From Escherichia coli (GTDB taxonomy: Bacteria > Pseudomonadota > Gammaproteobacteria > Enterobacterales > Enterobacteriaceae), in assembly GCF_003334255.1 (NCBI RefSeq), contig NZ_QOWU01000003.1: a stretch of 64,000 nt of DNA, one strand, 5' to 3'. Below the pieces are notes generated by a model that saw only the letters and a program-made list of their open reading frames with translations, was not told the origin of the DNA and searched no databases. The position numbers and the translations under genes were made by a program. Positions 23,305-37,997 of the stretch are shown in pieces (positions within the stretch are counted from its first letter, which is position 1; the number at the start of each line of letters is the position of its first letter).

Positions 23305-24189
23305 CTATTGCTGGTCCGATTCTGCCAGGTCATCTTGGTCCTGGCCCAGGAGCGATAATTCCAACAATGCGTATCGGTGCTCAACAAAGTTATGAACGTT
23401 GTTGGCAACCGCCAGTTTGAACAGTGCCGTGGCGCTGTCCAAATCCCCCAGACTTAGGTAGTACTTACCTAAATAGAAGTTGGTTTCACTGAGATGCTCA
23501 GCGAGCGAGGTGTTATCCGTTGCGTCCGCCTTGAGCCTTTCCATTAACGTTTGTTCGCTAATGTTGCCCAGGTAGAACTCGACAATGTTCCATCCCCACT
23601 GTTCCTTATCCGATTTTTCGAAGTGCTGTTTCAACACTTCTTTAGCCTGCTTCTCATCGAGCTTCTGCTCGGCGAGATAAAGCCACAGACTACGGAAAGG
23701 ATCATTGGGATCGTCTTGATAAAACGCCAGCAGATCATCTTGCGCTAACTTGTCACGACCGCCGTAATATAATGCGATCCCGCGATTCAAGTGCGCGTAG
23801 TTGTAAGTTGGATCAAGCTCAAGTACAGAATCAAACGCTTCATAGGCAGCATCAAAATTGCCTGCCTGCGTTAAATATATGCCTAAGTAATTGAATACTT
23901 CAGGCATATCCGGTCGGATTGCCAGCGCTTGCGAAAAATCGTTACGCGCTAATGCCCTCAGACCGAGACTATCATACAACACTCCGCGCTCATATAAAAG
24001 CTGTGCGCGTTCGTCATCGGTTAAAGCCCGACTGGCAAGGATTTGTTCCATACGTGCCAGAATCACTTCCTGCTGTAAAGTCGGTTGCAATGGTACCGCG
24101 AGGACTTCACTTTTACGCCAGGAAGTATTACTGCATCCTGCAAGCGTAAGTGCTGTCGCAACGAAACACCAGCGCAAAAAAGGCTTCAT
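23305..24189 (-). CDS. nlpI: TPR-repeat outer-membrane lipoprotein
   Basis: 294 aa; lipobox LTLAGCS; TPR repeats. Confidence 0.95.
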
Positions 24190-24297
24190 TTCCCACTCCC
24201 GAAGACCACGGTTGAATGAACGTCCTGTTCCCGGTTGCTAACAAGGCGTCCTGCCCGGTTAAAAGCCCCCCGCCGCAGCGGAGGGCAAATGGCAACC

Positions 24298-26433
24298 TTA
24301 CTCGCCCTGTTCAGCAGCCGGAGCTTCCGGTGCTGCAGCAGGTTGAGACTGCTCAGTCGCTTCTTTAATGCTCAGACGGATACGGCCCTGGCGATCAACT
24401 TCCAGAACTTTCACCGGTACTTCCTGACCCATCTGCAGGTAATCGGTCACTTTCTCAACGCGTTTGTCAGCGATTTGAGAGATGTGGACCAGACCTTCTT
24501 TACCGCCGCCGATGGCAACAAATGCGCCAAAGTCAACGATACGGGTCACTTTACCAGTGTAGACGCGGCCCACTTCGATTTCTGCAGTGATCTCTTCGAT
24601 ACGACGAATAGCATGTTTCGCTTTCTCGCCGTCGGTCGCTGCAATCTTCACAGTACCGTCATCTTCGATTTCGATGGTGGTGCCAGTTTCTTCGGTCAGA
24701 GCACGGATTACAGAACCGCCTTTACCGATAACATCTTTGATCTTGTCCGGGTTGATCTTGATGGTATGGATACGCGGTGCGAACTCAGAGATATCGCCAC
24801 GCGGCGCGTTGATCGCCTGTTCCATTACGCCCAGGATATGCAGACGCGCACCTTTAGCCTGGTTCAGCGCAACCTGCATGATCTCTTTGGTGATACCTTC
24901 AATTTTGATATCCATCTGCAGTGCAGAGATACCGTCGCGGGAACCTGCAACTTTGAAGTCCATATCGCCCAGGTGATCTTCGTCGCCCAAAATGTCAGAC
25001 AGTACAACGTAGTTGTCGCCTTCTTTCACCAGACCCATTGCGATACCCGCAACGGCAGCTTTGATCGGCACACCTGCGTCCATCAGCGCCAGAGACGCGC
25101 CGCACACGGAAGCCATAGAAGAGGAACCGTTGGATTCAGTGATTTCAGACACAACACGTACGGTGTACGGGAATTTGTCCATATCCGGCATGACTGCCAG
25201 CACGCCGCGCTTCGCCAGACGACCGTGACCAATTTCACGACGCTTCGGAGAACCGACCATGCCGGTTTCGCCTACGGAGTACGGAGGGAAGTTGTAGTGG
25301 AACAGGAAGGTATCGGTACGTTCGCCCATCAGTTCATCAAGAACCTGCGCGTCACGAGCAGTACCCAGCGTTGCGGTAACCAGCGCCTGCGTTTCACCAC
25401 GGGTGAACAGCGCAGAACCGTGAGTACGCGGCAGCACGCCAGTACGCACATCCAGACCACGGATCATATCTTTTTCACGACCGTCGATACGCGGTTCGCC
25501 TGCCAGTACGCGGCTACGAACAACGTTTTTCTCGATCGCGTGCAGAATTTCACCCAGTTCGTTTTCGTCCAGGGTTTCGTCTTCAGCAAGCAGCGTCGCG
25601 ATGGTTTCAGATTTGATGACATCAACCTGCGCATAACGCTCTTGTTTGTCGGTGATGCGGTAAGCATCGCTCAGGCGAGCTTCAGCCAGTGCAGCAACGC
25701 GCGCGTTTAGCGCTTCGTTTACCGGCTCCGGCTGCCAGTCCCAACGCGGTTTACCGGCTTCTTTCACCAGTTCATTGATGTTCTGAATAACAACCTGCTG
25801 TTGTTCATGACCGAACACTACTGCGCCCAGCATCTGGTCTTCGCTCAGCAGTTGAGCTTCAGATTCAACCATCAGTACAGCGGCTTCAGTACCGGCAACA
25901 ACCAGATCCAGTTTGCTCTCTTTCAGCTCGTCCTGAGTCGGGTTCAGTACGTACTGGTCATTGATGTAACCTACGCGGGCAGCACCAATCGGGCCATTGA
26001 ACGGAATACCAGACAGAGACAGCGCTGCGGAAGCACCAATCATCGCGACGATATCCGGGTTAACTTGCGGGTTAACAGAAACCACGGTGGCGATAACCTG
26101 AACTTCGTTGACGAAGCCTTCCGGGAACAGCGGGCGAATCGGGCGGTCAATCAGACGCGCGATCAGGGTTTCGCCTTCGCTTGGGCGGCCTTCACGACGG
26201 AAGAAGCTACCCGGGATACGACCAGCAGCGTAGGTACGCTCCTGATAGTTAACGGTCAGTGGGAAGAAGTCCTGACCTGGTTTGGCTTTTTTCTGGCCAA
26301 CAACGGTAACGAATACCGCGGTGTCATCCATGCTAACCATAACAGCGGCAGTAGCCTGACGAGCCATCATGCCGGTTTCCAGAGTCACGGTGTGTTGGCC
26401 GTACTGGAATTTACGAACGATCGGATTAAGCAA
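24298..26433 (-). CDS. pnp: Polynucleotide phosphorylase
   Basis: 711 aa from TTG at 26431-26433 ([21 protein letters not shown]…); PNPase family with C-terminal KH and S1 regions. Confidence 0.95.
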   Translation of the reverse strand: MLNPIVRKFQYGQHTVTLETGMMARQATAAVMVSMDDTAVFVTVVGQKKAKPGQDFFPLTVNYQERTYAAGRIPGSFFRREGRPSEGETLIARLIDRPIRPLFPEGFVNEVQVIATVVSVNPQVNPDIVAMIGASAALSLSGIPFNGPIGAARVGYINDQYVLNPTQDELKESKLDLVVAGTEAAVLMVESEAQLLSEDQMLGAVVFGHEQQQVVIQNINELVKEAGKPRWDWQPEPVNEALNARVAALAEARLSDAYRITDKQERYAQVDVIKSETIATLLAEDETLDENELGEILHAIEKNVVRSRVLAGEPRIDGREKDMIRGLDVRTGVLPRTHGSALFTRGETQALVTATLGTARDAQVLDELMGERTDTFLFHYNFPPYSVGETGMVGSPKRREIGHGRLAKRGVLAVMPDMDKFPYTVRVVSEITESNGSSSMASVCGASLALMDAGVPIKAAVAGIAMGLVKEGDNYVVLSDILGDEDHLGDMDFKVAGSRDGISALQMDIKIEGITKEIMQVALNQAKGARLHILGVMEQAINAPRGDISEFAPRIHTIKINPDKIKDVIGKGGSVIRALTEETGTTIEIEDDGTVKIAATDGEKAKHAIRRIEEITAEIEVGRVYTGKVTRIVDFGAFVAIGGGKEGLVHISQIADKRVEKVTDYLQMGQEVPVKVLEVDRQGRIRLSIKEATEQSQPAAAPEAPAAEQGE

Positions 26434-26634
26434 TGTAATATCCTTTCTCTTTCTTAGACAGTACCTTACGGCACTGGTGTTAATACCCGATCTTCTGCGC
26501 ATCCTCGCGACTAATGACAACCCTAACCCAGCTCTATGTGGGTAAAGCCTCTCATTAGCCGCGCGAACCTCTGCAACGGAAGATCATTCATAGCAACAAT
26601 ACATTAGTTTCCAGTGAATTGCTGCCGTCAGCTT

Positions 26635-26660
26635 GAAAAAAGGGGCCACTCAGGCCCCCT
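26635..26660 (-). terminator. rpsO intrinsic terminator (bidirectional hairpin)
   Basis: GGGGCC-ACTCA-GGCCCC flanked by A-run and T-run. Confidence 0.75.
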
Positions 26661-26679
26661 TTTCTGAAACTCGCAAGAA

Positions 26680-27045
<366 letters not shown>

Positions 27046-27097
27046 TTAAGCGGCAGTATTCTACTCGTAGCGACCTGTTATCGCAAGACGGTTAACA

Positions 27098-28042
27098 TTA
27101 CGCCGGGTATTCAACCACCAGGCGACGAGGCGCAACGCGGCCTTCATCGTCAATTTCGCCCATACCGATAAATTTGCCGTTCTCACCTTCCGTGACGCGA
27201 ACCAGTCCTTCCAGTGGCGCACCAGATGTACGAACCGGGTTACCATTTTTGAAGTAAACAGAAGACGTTAACGGAAGATTCACCACCGGATAGTCCGAAG
27301 CTGGACTGTCCATTGGCATCAGTAATGGATCAAGTAACTCCGCGGCTGGAATATCCTGCTGTTCAGCTTGCTCAACAAGTTCACGCAGGTGCTCCAGGGT
27401 CACCATCCGTTCAACCGGATATTTACTTACCGCCAGACGGCGCAGGTAAATAACATGCGCGCCACAGCCGAGTTTTTCACCCAGGTCATCAATGATGGTG
27501 CGGATATAAGTGCCTTTTGAGCAGTGAATTTCCAGCTCCAGCTCATTGCCTTCATGGCGAATAAACAGCAATTCATAAACGGTAATCGGACGCGCTTCAC
27601 GCGGAACTTCAATGCCCTGACGCGCATATTCGTACAGTTTTTTGCCCTGATATTTCAGTGCTGAATACATCGAAGGGATCTGTTCGATATCGCCACGGAA
27701 AGTATCCAGTGCCGCTGCCAGCTGCTCTGCGCTAAAGGTTACCGGACGTTCTTCAACGATCTGTCCGTCGGCATCAGAAGTATCGGTACGCTGTCCAAGA
27801 CGCGCAATGACCCGATAGCGTTTGTCGGAGTCCAGCAGATACTGGGAAAACTTCGTCGCTTCCCCGAGGCAAATCGGCAACATGCCGGTCGCCAGCGGGT
27901 CCAGCGCACCGGTATGCCCGGCACGGTTGGCGTTATATATACGTTTCACTTTTTGCAGCGCATCGTTGCTGGACATACCCTGAGGTTTATCCAGCAACAA
28001 AACGCCGTTAATGTCGCGACCGCGACGACGAGGACGACTCAT
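27098..28042 (-). CDS. truB: tRNA pseudouridine-55 synthase
   Basis: 314 aa; TruB family (pseudouridine synthase catalytic Asp motif region). Confidence 0.95.
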
Positions 28043-28443
28043 TAGTCCTCCTTGCTGTCGTCCGGGTTAACACGACGTTCTTCGTCATGTTTGACCACGC
28101 TGGTCACCAGGTTTGACATGCGCATCCCTTCAACCAGAGAGTTGTCGTAGAAGAAGGTCAGTTCCGGCACGATACGCAGGCGCATCGCTTTCCCCAGCAG
28201 GCTGCGGATGAAACCAGAAGCTTCTTGCAACGCTTTGATGCCCGCTTTAACCGCGTCTTCATCTTTGTCGTTGAGGAACGTCACATATACTTTGGCATAC
28301 GCCAGGTCGCGAGACATTTCGACACCGGAAACGGTGGTCATCATGCCCAGGCGAGGATCTTTAATTTCACGCTGCAGGATGAGAGCGATCTCTTTTTGCA
28401 TTTCCTGCGCTACGCGCTGCGGGCGACCAAATTCTTTCGCCAT
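28042..28443 (-). CDS. rbfA: Ribosome-binding factor A
   Basis: 133 aa from ATG 28443 ([20 protein letters not shown]…). Confidence 0.93.
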
Positions 28444-28460
28444 AATAAATTCTCCTGACA

Positions 28461-28485
28461 AAAAAGGGGCTGTTAGCCCCTTTTT
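28461..28485 (-). terminator. Hairpin/attenuator between infB and rbfA
   Basis: AAAAA-GGGGCT-GTT-AGCCCC-TTTTT, a symmetric hairpin with flanking A/T runs. Confidence 0.5.
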
Positions 28486-28520
28486 AAAATTAATTTCAGG
28501 TGGAAGGGCTGTTCACGTTG

Positions 28521-28593
28521 ACCTGATAAGACGCGCCAGCGTCACATCAGGCAATCCATGCCGGATGCAGCGTAAACGCCTTATCCCGCATGG
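28521..28593. repeat. REP elements in infB-rbfA intergenic region
   Basis: GACCTGATAAGACGCGCCAGCGTCACATCAGGC and GCCGGATGCAGCGTAAACGCCTTATCCCGCATGG. Confidence 0.75.
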
Positions 28594-28606
28594 AACCCTA
28601 AAAACC

Positions 28607-31279
28607 TTAAGCAATGGTACGTTGGATCTCGATGATTTCGAATACTTCGATCACATCGCCAGTGCGGACGTCGTTGTAGTTCTTAACGCCGATACCACAT
28701 TCCATACCGTTACGGACTTCGTTAACGTCATCTTTGAAGCGGCGCAGGGACTCCAGCTCGCCTTCGTAGATAACCACGTTGTCACGCAGAACGCGGATCG
28801 GGTTGTGACGTTTAACCACACCTTCGGTAACCATACAGCCTGCGATGGCACCAAATTTCGGCGATTTGAACACGTCACGAACTTCCGCCAGACCGATAAT
28901 CTGCTGTTTCAGTTCCGGAGACAGCATACCGCTCATCGCCGCTTTCACTTCGTCAATCAGGTTATAGATGACGGAGTAGTAACGCAGATCCAGGCTTTCC
29001 GCTTCAATCACTTTACGTGCAGAGGCATCAGCACGTACGTTAAAGCCAACCAGGATGGCGTTGGACGCCGCAGCCAGGGTGGCGTCGGTTTCGGTGATAC
29101 CACCTACGCCAGAACCGATGATCTTCACTTTAACTTCGTCAGTAGACAGTTTCAGCAAGGAGTCGGAGATCGCTTCGACAGAACCCTGTACGTCTGCCTT
29201 CAGGACGATATTCACTTCGTGAACTTCGCCTTCGGTCATGTTGGCGAACATGTTCTCGAGTTTAGATTTCTGCTGACGCGCCAGTTTAACTTCGCGGAAT
29301 TTACCCTGACGATAGAGTGCAACTTCACGCGCTTTCTTCTCGTCACGTACAACGGTAACTTCATCACCCGCAGCCGGTACGCCGGACAGGCCGAGGATTT
29401 CCACCGGAATGGACGGACCCGCTTCCAGCACTTCCTGACCCAGTTCGTTACGCATCGCACGAACACGACCGTATTCGAAGCCACACAGAACGATATCGCC
29501 CTTGTGCAGAGTACCTTCACGTACCAGAACGGTAGCAACCGGACCACGACCTTTATCGAGGAAGGATTCGATAACCGCACCGCTCGCCATACCTTTACGT
29601 ACCGCTTTCAGCTCCAGAACTTCCGCCTGCAGCAGGATAGCGTCCAGCAGTTCATCGATACCGGTACCCGCTTTCGCAGATACGTGTACGAACTGGCTTT
29701 CACCGCCCCACTCTTCCGGCAGGATGCCGTACTGGGAGAGTTCGTTCTTAACGCGATCCGGATCAGCTTCTGGTTTATCGATCTTGTTCACTGCAACCAC
29801 CACCGGTACCTGCGCCGCTTTCGCGTGCTGGATTGCTTCGATGGTCTGCGGCATCACACCGTCGTCGGCAGCAACAACCAGGACTACGATGTCCGTTGCC
29901 TGCGCACCACGAGCACGCATTGAAGTAAACGCGGCGTGCCCCGGGGTGTCCAGGAAGGTGATCATGCCGTTTTCAGTTTCAACGTGGTATGCACCAATGT
30001 GCTGGGTAATGCCGCCCGCTTCGCCAGAGGCCACTTTCGTTGAACGAATGTAGTCCAGCAGAGAGGTTTTACCGTGGTCAACGTGACCCATGATGGTCAC
30101 AACCGGCGCGCGCGGTTCAGCCGCAGCACCCGTGTCACGGTCGCTCATTACCGCCTCTTCCAGCTCGTTTTCACGACGCAGGATAACTTTATGGCCCATC
30201 TCTTCAGCAACCAGCTGTGCGGTTTCCTGATCGATAACCTGGTTGATGGTTGCCATTGCGCCCAGTTTCATCATCGCTTTGATGACCTGAGAGCCTTTAA
30301 CCGCCATCTTGTTCGCCAGTTCGCCAACGGTGATAGTTTCGCCGATCACAACGTCACGGTTAACGGCCTGAGCAGGCTTCTGGAAGCCTTGCTGCAGCGA
30401 AGAACCTTTACGTTTTCCGCCTTTACCGCCACGTACTGCTGCGCGTGCTTCTTCACGATCAGCTTTTGATTCAGCGTGTTTGTTGCCTTTCTTCGGACGC
30501 GCTGCTTTCGCGTTACGACCACGGCCACGGCCGCCTTCGACTTCACGATCGCTTTCGTCTTCTGCCTGGCGAGCATGTTGAGAAGTAGTGACGTGATAAT
30601 CGCTGGAATCTTCAGTCGGTTCCGCGTTATCAGTCCATTTGTTTTCTTCCGCCATACGACGTGCTTCTTCAGCAACGCGACGTGCTTCTTCTTCGAGTTT
30701 ACGACGCGCTTCTTCTTCAGCTTTACGCTTGAGCTCTGCAGCTTCCTGCTCACGGCGGGCTTTTTCAGCCTGGGCGTTTTTAGTCATATCGTCTTGTTGA
30801 TTGCTCACTTTGTCTTTTTCCGCAGCTTCACGTTTCGCTTGTTCAGCAGCTTCACGCTTAGCTTGTTCTGCGGCCTCACGTTCAGCTTTTTGTTGCGCCT
30901 CGCGTTTAGCCGATTCTTCTGCCTCACGACGGGCTTGCTCTTCCGCTTCACGCTGCGCTTGCTCTTCCGCTGCAAGGCGTTCAGCCTCTTGCGGATCGCG
31001 TTTCACAAAGGTGCGTTTCTTGCGGACTTCGATTTGTACCGATTTGCTTTTTCCACCGGTACCAGGAATGTTAAGGGTGCTGCGTGTTTTACGTTGCAGC
31101 GTCAATTTGTCCGGGCCTGAATTTTTCTGATTCAGGTGGTCAATCAAAGTCTGTTTCTCTTGTGCAGACACAGAGTCGTCAGCAGACTTCCGGATACCTG
31201 CATCAGCAAATTGCTGTACCAGGCGTTCCACGGAGGTCTGTCGCTCTGCGGCCAGCGTTTTAATCGTTACATCTGTCAT
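28607..31279 (-). CDS. infB: Translation initiation factor IF-2
   Basis: 890 aa; GTP-binding domain ([16 protein letters not shown]); N-terminal E/A/K/R-rich repeats. Confidence 0.97.
30785..30808 (-). other. infB: Internal in-frame start codons for IF2-beta (GTG, codon 158) and IF2-gamma (ATG, codon 165)
   Basis: Counting the translated ORF puts V158 (GTG at 30806-30808) and M165 (ATG at 30785-30787) at the reported isoform starts. Confidence 0.6.
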
Positions 31280-31303
31280 GCTGTTCCTTCCTGCTACAGT
31301 TTA

Positions 31304-32791
<1,488 letters not shown>

Positions 32792-32818
32792 CGCGGGCTT
32801 TTCACCTCATCCAGACTA

Positions 32819-33271
32819 TTAAAAGTGGGGAACCAGGTTCGCCTTCTGGATATTACTCAGCGCGAACACTTCATCTTTACCTTCGACGGTAACTGTGATC
32901 ATTTCACCGTCTACCGCTTTGATAACGCCCTGCCATTTACGACGGTTTTGTACCGCCATACGGAGAACCAGAGTCACCTCTTCTCCGACAAAACGGGCGT
33001 AGTGTTCAGCCGTGAACAGTGGGCGATCGAGACCCGGTGAGGAGACTTCCAGGTTATAAGCAACGGTGATGGGATCTTCAACATCCAGCACAGCACTTAC
33101 CTGGTGGCTCACATCAGCACAATCATCAACATTGATGCCATCTTCACTATCAATATAGATGCGCAGTGTGGATGTGCGACCGCGAATAAATTCGATGCCA
33201 ACCAGTTCAAAACCCAGGGCCTCAACTGGCGCAGTAATCATCTCTGTTAATTTTTGCTCTAATGTGGACAA
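32819..33271 (-). CDS. rimP: Ribosome maturation factor RimP
   Basis: 150 aa from TTG ([28 protein letters not shown]…). Confidence 0.9.
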
Positions 33272-33330
33272 GCCCACCCCCAAGACATAAAAAAAGGGCC
33301 TAAAGCCCAGTTATTCTGTAGTCAGATAAC

Positions 33331-33356
33331 AAAAAACCCCGATAAATCGGGGCTTT
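33331..33356 (-). terminator. Hairpin terminator/attenuator downstream of metY tRNA
   Basis: Minus strand AGCCCCGAT-TTAT-CGGGGTTTTTT between metY and rimP. Confidence 0.65.
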
Positions 33357-33477
33357 ATATAACTGAACCCTATAACCGCAACTGCGGTCTGGAGCACTTT
33401 CCAGAAGGATTTTTTCAAATCCCACTACGAAGGCCGAAGTCTTCACAGTATATTTGAAAAAGGACTCTAAGGGAAAG

Positions 33478-33554
<77 letters not shown>

Positions 33555-33813
33555 CCTGAAACGTGGCAAATTCTACTCGTTTTGGGTAAAAAATGCAAAT
33601 ACTGCTGGGATTTGGTGTACCGAGACGGGACGTAAAATCTGCAGGCATTATAGTGATCCACGCCACATTTTGTCAACGTTTATTGCTAATCATGTGAATG
33701 AATATCCAGTTCACTTTCATTTGTTGAATACTTTTGCCTTCTCCTGCTCTCCCTTAAGCGCATTATTTTACAAAAAACACACTAAACTCTTCCTGTCTCC
33801 GATAAAAGATGAT

Positions 33814-33851
33814 TAAATGAAAACTCATTTATTTTGCATAAAAATTCAGTG
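33814..33851 (+). promoter_or_regulatory. Candidate ArgR operator (tandem ARG boxes) upstream of argG
   Basis: AATGAAAACTCATTTATTTTGCATAAAAATTCAGT contains two TGnAT…ATTCA-like 18-mers, 50-90 nt upstream of the argG ATG. Confidence 0.5.
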
Positions 33852-33886
33852 AGAGCGGAAATCCAGGCTCATCATCAGTTAATTAA

Positions 33887-35245
<1,359 letters not shown>

Positions 35246-35252
35246 TTCGACA

Positions 35253-36878
35253 TCAACCCTGCCCTTCAGGGGTGGGGTTACCTTGCTTATCCTCTGTAAA
35301 CTCCTTTCTGAGCATCACATAATCGAAAACATCATGGTTTGCATCCACAACCCGTGAGTCTCCTTTATAGTGTGCAATCACTTCCTCAAGCGTTTGCGGC
35401 TGTTCCGGCTTTGTTACCCCCATCCACGCATTAATAAGGTAATTATTGTAAGCTGTCGAAAAGATGTTGTTTTCCGTTGTGCGATCCACGCCATCCCCAA
35501 GAACGGGGCTATACCAGATAAACATCGGGACATGATATGCCTGCTGGCTAGCCTCCCTGCCTCCATGAAAATAGACGTTCTTCTTCGTAGGGTCACGTTC
35601 CAGGCCGTGGTCGGCAAAATACATGACCGAGGCGCGGCGATCTTTTAATAATTCAAAAACCTGACCTAGCAAACTATCTGTGTAATGAATGGAGTTGTCA
35701 TAGCAGGCATCCTGATCGTCCTGCGGTTGAAACACGGCGCTGGATTGCGGATAGGCGCTACAAGCCGGTTCATGGCTTCCATTTAAATGAAGAACAATCA
35801 GTTTCTTTTGCTGCGTATTTTGCTGTAATGCTTGCGATAAATGCGGCAACAACAATTCATCAAATCCTCTGACATAAACTGTTTCCATGGCGCGCATGGC
35901 GATACTGGTAACTGCTGTACCATTCTGCCGAAAAGCGGATTGCGAGCTTAGCCAGAAAGTCTGAAATCCTGCTTGATTAGCCATATTAATAATGTTGTCG
36001 GGGTAATTATGAATGTCATGACTCAAAACAGAATCAGCAGTTAAAGAAAGGGGAACCGACAGCGCAGTGTAAGGTGCGCCGCTTATTGCTTGATTAAACA
36101 GTTTGATCTGTTTTCTTTGTGCTTCAACTTGCGGTGTCGTAGAGCGTGTATATCCATACAAAGACATATTGTCGACACGTACAGACTCCCCCACAATCAA
36201 CACGTAGGTATCAATACCTGTATCCCTGACTGATAATTGAAAATACGGCACCGTGTTTGCAATTGAGAGTAATCTTTGATGCTCTTTCGCTGCTAAAGCA
36301 AAATAGTTGAGATTGAAAAACGGCGTATAGGTAGCAAATCGCGACGCTAGTATATATGGACTGAACGCTTTTTTATTTTTTGCATCTTTATAAGCAAATT
36401 GACAAGCGGAAAATAAACTGCCCGAAATGACAATCAGCAATAATATTCCTGTCACTTTTTTTGTCGGCAAGGAAACATCATATTTTATTATTACTGCCAA
36501 AAAAAGAAGGGATAAAAAAGCAAAGGCACATAGATAAGGGATATACATCCCCAGCATTTTGACAACTTCATCCGGATCACTCTGGAGCACACTAATCGCA
36601 AATCCATCATTGAAAGTTGTACCAAAGGTACACCATGAATAGAGGCTAATACTCATGTCTGCCGCAGTCAGTAACACAAATGGTGCGGCAACAAGCAGGC
36701 GAAGCGGAAGGGATGATATACGTTTTACAACCAGGATGGTCAGAACGAAGAACAGCAAGCGCTGAACCATATGCGCTCCGGAAGAAGCGACTAAGTTCGT
36801 AATACCAAAAACAATAACACAAAGATACAACAACCAATGAGATTTAAAAGTTCTAGCAAATTTGTTGAATACTGTCAT
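35253..36878 (-). CDS. yhbX: Putative phosphoethanolamine transferase (sulfatase/EptA-like inner membrane protein)
   Basis: 541 aa from ATG 36878; N-terminal TM helices and C-terminal sulfatase-like domain; visibly AT-rich. Confidence 0.85.
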   Translation of the reverse strand: MTVFNKFARTFKSHWLLYLCVIVFGITNLVASSGAHMVQRLLFFVLTILVVKRISSLPLRLLVAAPFVLLTAADMSISLYSWCTFGTTFNDGFAISVLQSDPDEVVKMLGMYIPYLCAFAFLSLLFLAVIIKYDVSLPTKKVTGILLLIVISGSLFSACQFAYKDAKNKKAFSPYILASRFATYTPFFNLNYFALAAKEHQRLLSIANTVPYFQLSVRDTGIDTYVLIVGESVRVDNMSLYGYTRSTTPQVEAQRKQIKLFNQAISGAPYTALSVPLSLTADSVLSHDIHNYPDNIINMANQAGFQTFWLSSQSAFRQNGTAVTSIAMRAMETVYVRGFDELLLPHLSQALQQNTQQKKLIVLHLNGSHEPACSAYPQSSAVFQPQDDQDACYDNSIHYTDSLLGQVFELLKDRRASVMYFADHGLERDPTKKNVYFHGGREASQQAYHVPMFIWYSPVLGDGVDRTTENNIFSTAYNNYLINAWMGVTKPEQPQTLEEVIAHYKGDSRVVDANHDVFDYVMLRKEFTEDKQGNPTPEGQG

Positions 36879-37299
36879 CCAGAAATCCAAGTTCACAACC
36901 AATATAAACAATTATCAACAATGTTTAATTTTATATCAGACATGTTTTTCAACTCTGATCCATATCAGAACGAAACACTGTTAGTTTTTTCTTTTTAAAT
37001 GATGCGGCCATTGCGTTCTCAGTAATTAAATAACATTATCAATGCGTCTCTAAACATTACGCAGAACGTAGCCATCAGTCGTTATACTGACAGGAGCAGG
37101 ATGGTTTATCGAGAAGTAAACATATCCGTATTCGTACCGGAACTGGAGTTGACACAATAAAGTGCCAATTATGTCAGTAGAAGGGAAAAATTTATAACTA
37201 AGGCGTACCGGCACCATCGTTTCAAGGTACCAGCTACGAGTAAAGCAACTGGACGAGATACAGATACCTGACAACCATTCCTCAGACCTGGACCAAAAC

Positions 37300-37323
37300 G
37301 AAAAAAGACGCTTTTCAGCGTCT
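37300..37323 (-). terminator. Intrinsic terminator after leuU (secG-leuU transcript)
   Basis: Minus strand GACGCT-GAAA-AGCGTC followed by TTTTTT. Confidence 0.75.
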
Positions 37324-37336
37324 CTTTTCTGGAATT

Positions 37337-37423
37337 TGGTACCGAGGACGGGACTTGAACCCGTAAGCCCTATTGGGCACTACCACCTCAAGGTAGCGTG
37401 TCTACCAATTCCACCACCTCGGC
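37337..37423 (-). tRNA. leuU: tRNA-Leu (GAG anticodon)
   Basis: Minus strand reads GCCGAGGTGGTGGAATTGGTAGACACGCTACCTTGAGGTGGTAGTGCCCAATAGGGCTTACGGGTTCAAGTCCCGTCCTCGGTACCA (87 nt, long variable arm). Confidence 0.95.
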
Positions 37424-37437
37424 ACGGATACTACTTT

Positions 37438-37770
37438 TTAGTTCGGGATATCGCTGGTCGGCTTAGCCGGAGCAGCTGGCTGAGTTTGTTCGGTTTTCGC
37501 CGGTGCACTCAGATTTTCCCATTCGCTACCTTTATTGGTTTTGTTGCTATTGATGTTACCCAGCACCAGACTGATGATGAAGAATAACGTTGCCAGCAGC
37601 GCCGTCATGCGGGTCATGAAGTTACCAGAACCACTTGAACCAAACAGCGTAGCGGAAGCGCCTGCTCCGAAGGAGGCTCCCATATCAGCGCCTTTACCTT
37701 GCTGCAGCATGATCAGACCAACAAGGCCAATTGCCACAATAAGGAAAACTACTAAAAGAGCTTCATACAT
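37438..37770 (-). CDS. secG: Protein translocase subunit SecG
   Basis: 110 aa from ATG 37770 (MYEALLVVFLIVAIGLVGLIMLQQGKGADMGASFGAGA…). Confidence 0.95.
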   Translation of the reverse strand: MYEALLVVFLIVAIGLVGLIMLQQGKGADMGASFGAGASATLFGSSGSGNFMTRMTALLATLFFIISLVLGNINSNKTNKGSEWENLSAPAKTEQTQPAAPAKPTSDIPN

Positions 37771-37997
37771 AATCAACCTGTTCCTTGCGGAGTTGCCGCG
37801 TACCAATGCTTCAACCAATAAAGCGGGAGTTTTTAATCTTTCCCACTGAAGCGGGTGTGAATACTAACCAAAGCGAATGACCTTCGCAAGGGCAATTTTA
37901 TCGCATTGTATCAACTGCGGAAAAAAACAGCAAAACCGATGTGTTCGCTGAGAAAAAAGGCGACAATCGCCGCCTTTTTAGCCAGTTATCTAACGCT

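Noticed and set aside
28208-29923. Very long ORFs antisense to highly expressed genes: 571 aa opposite infB, 489 aa opposite nusA (31136..32605), 491 aa opposite pnp (24235..25710), 495 aa opposite ftsH (40485..41972), 357 aa opposite argG (33875..34948), 263 aa opposite obgE (46291..47082), and others.
   Set aside because: Each lies entirely inside a conserved gene on the other strand. Their translations are low-complexity (F/R/T/H/V-rich) with no recognisable domains. Long open antisense frames are a known by-product of the codon bias of highly expressed genes.
35253-37423. Possible genomic island or mobile element integrated at tRNA-Leu.
   Set aside because: The region is AT-rich but has no integrase, transposase, phage gene or direct repeat of the tRNA 3' end; at most an ancient islet, so it is reported as a finding rather than a mobile element.
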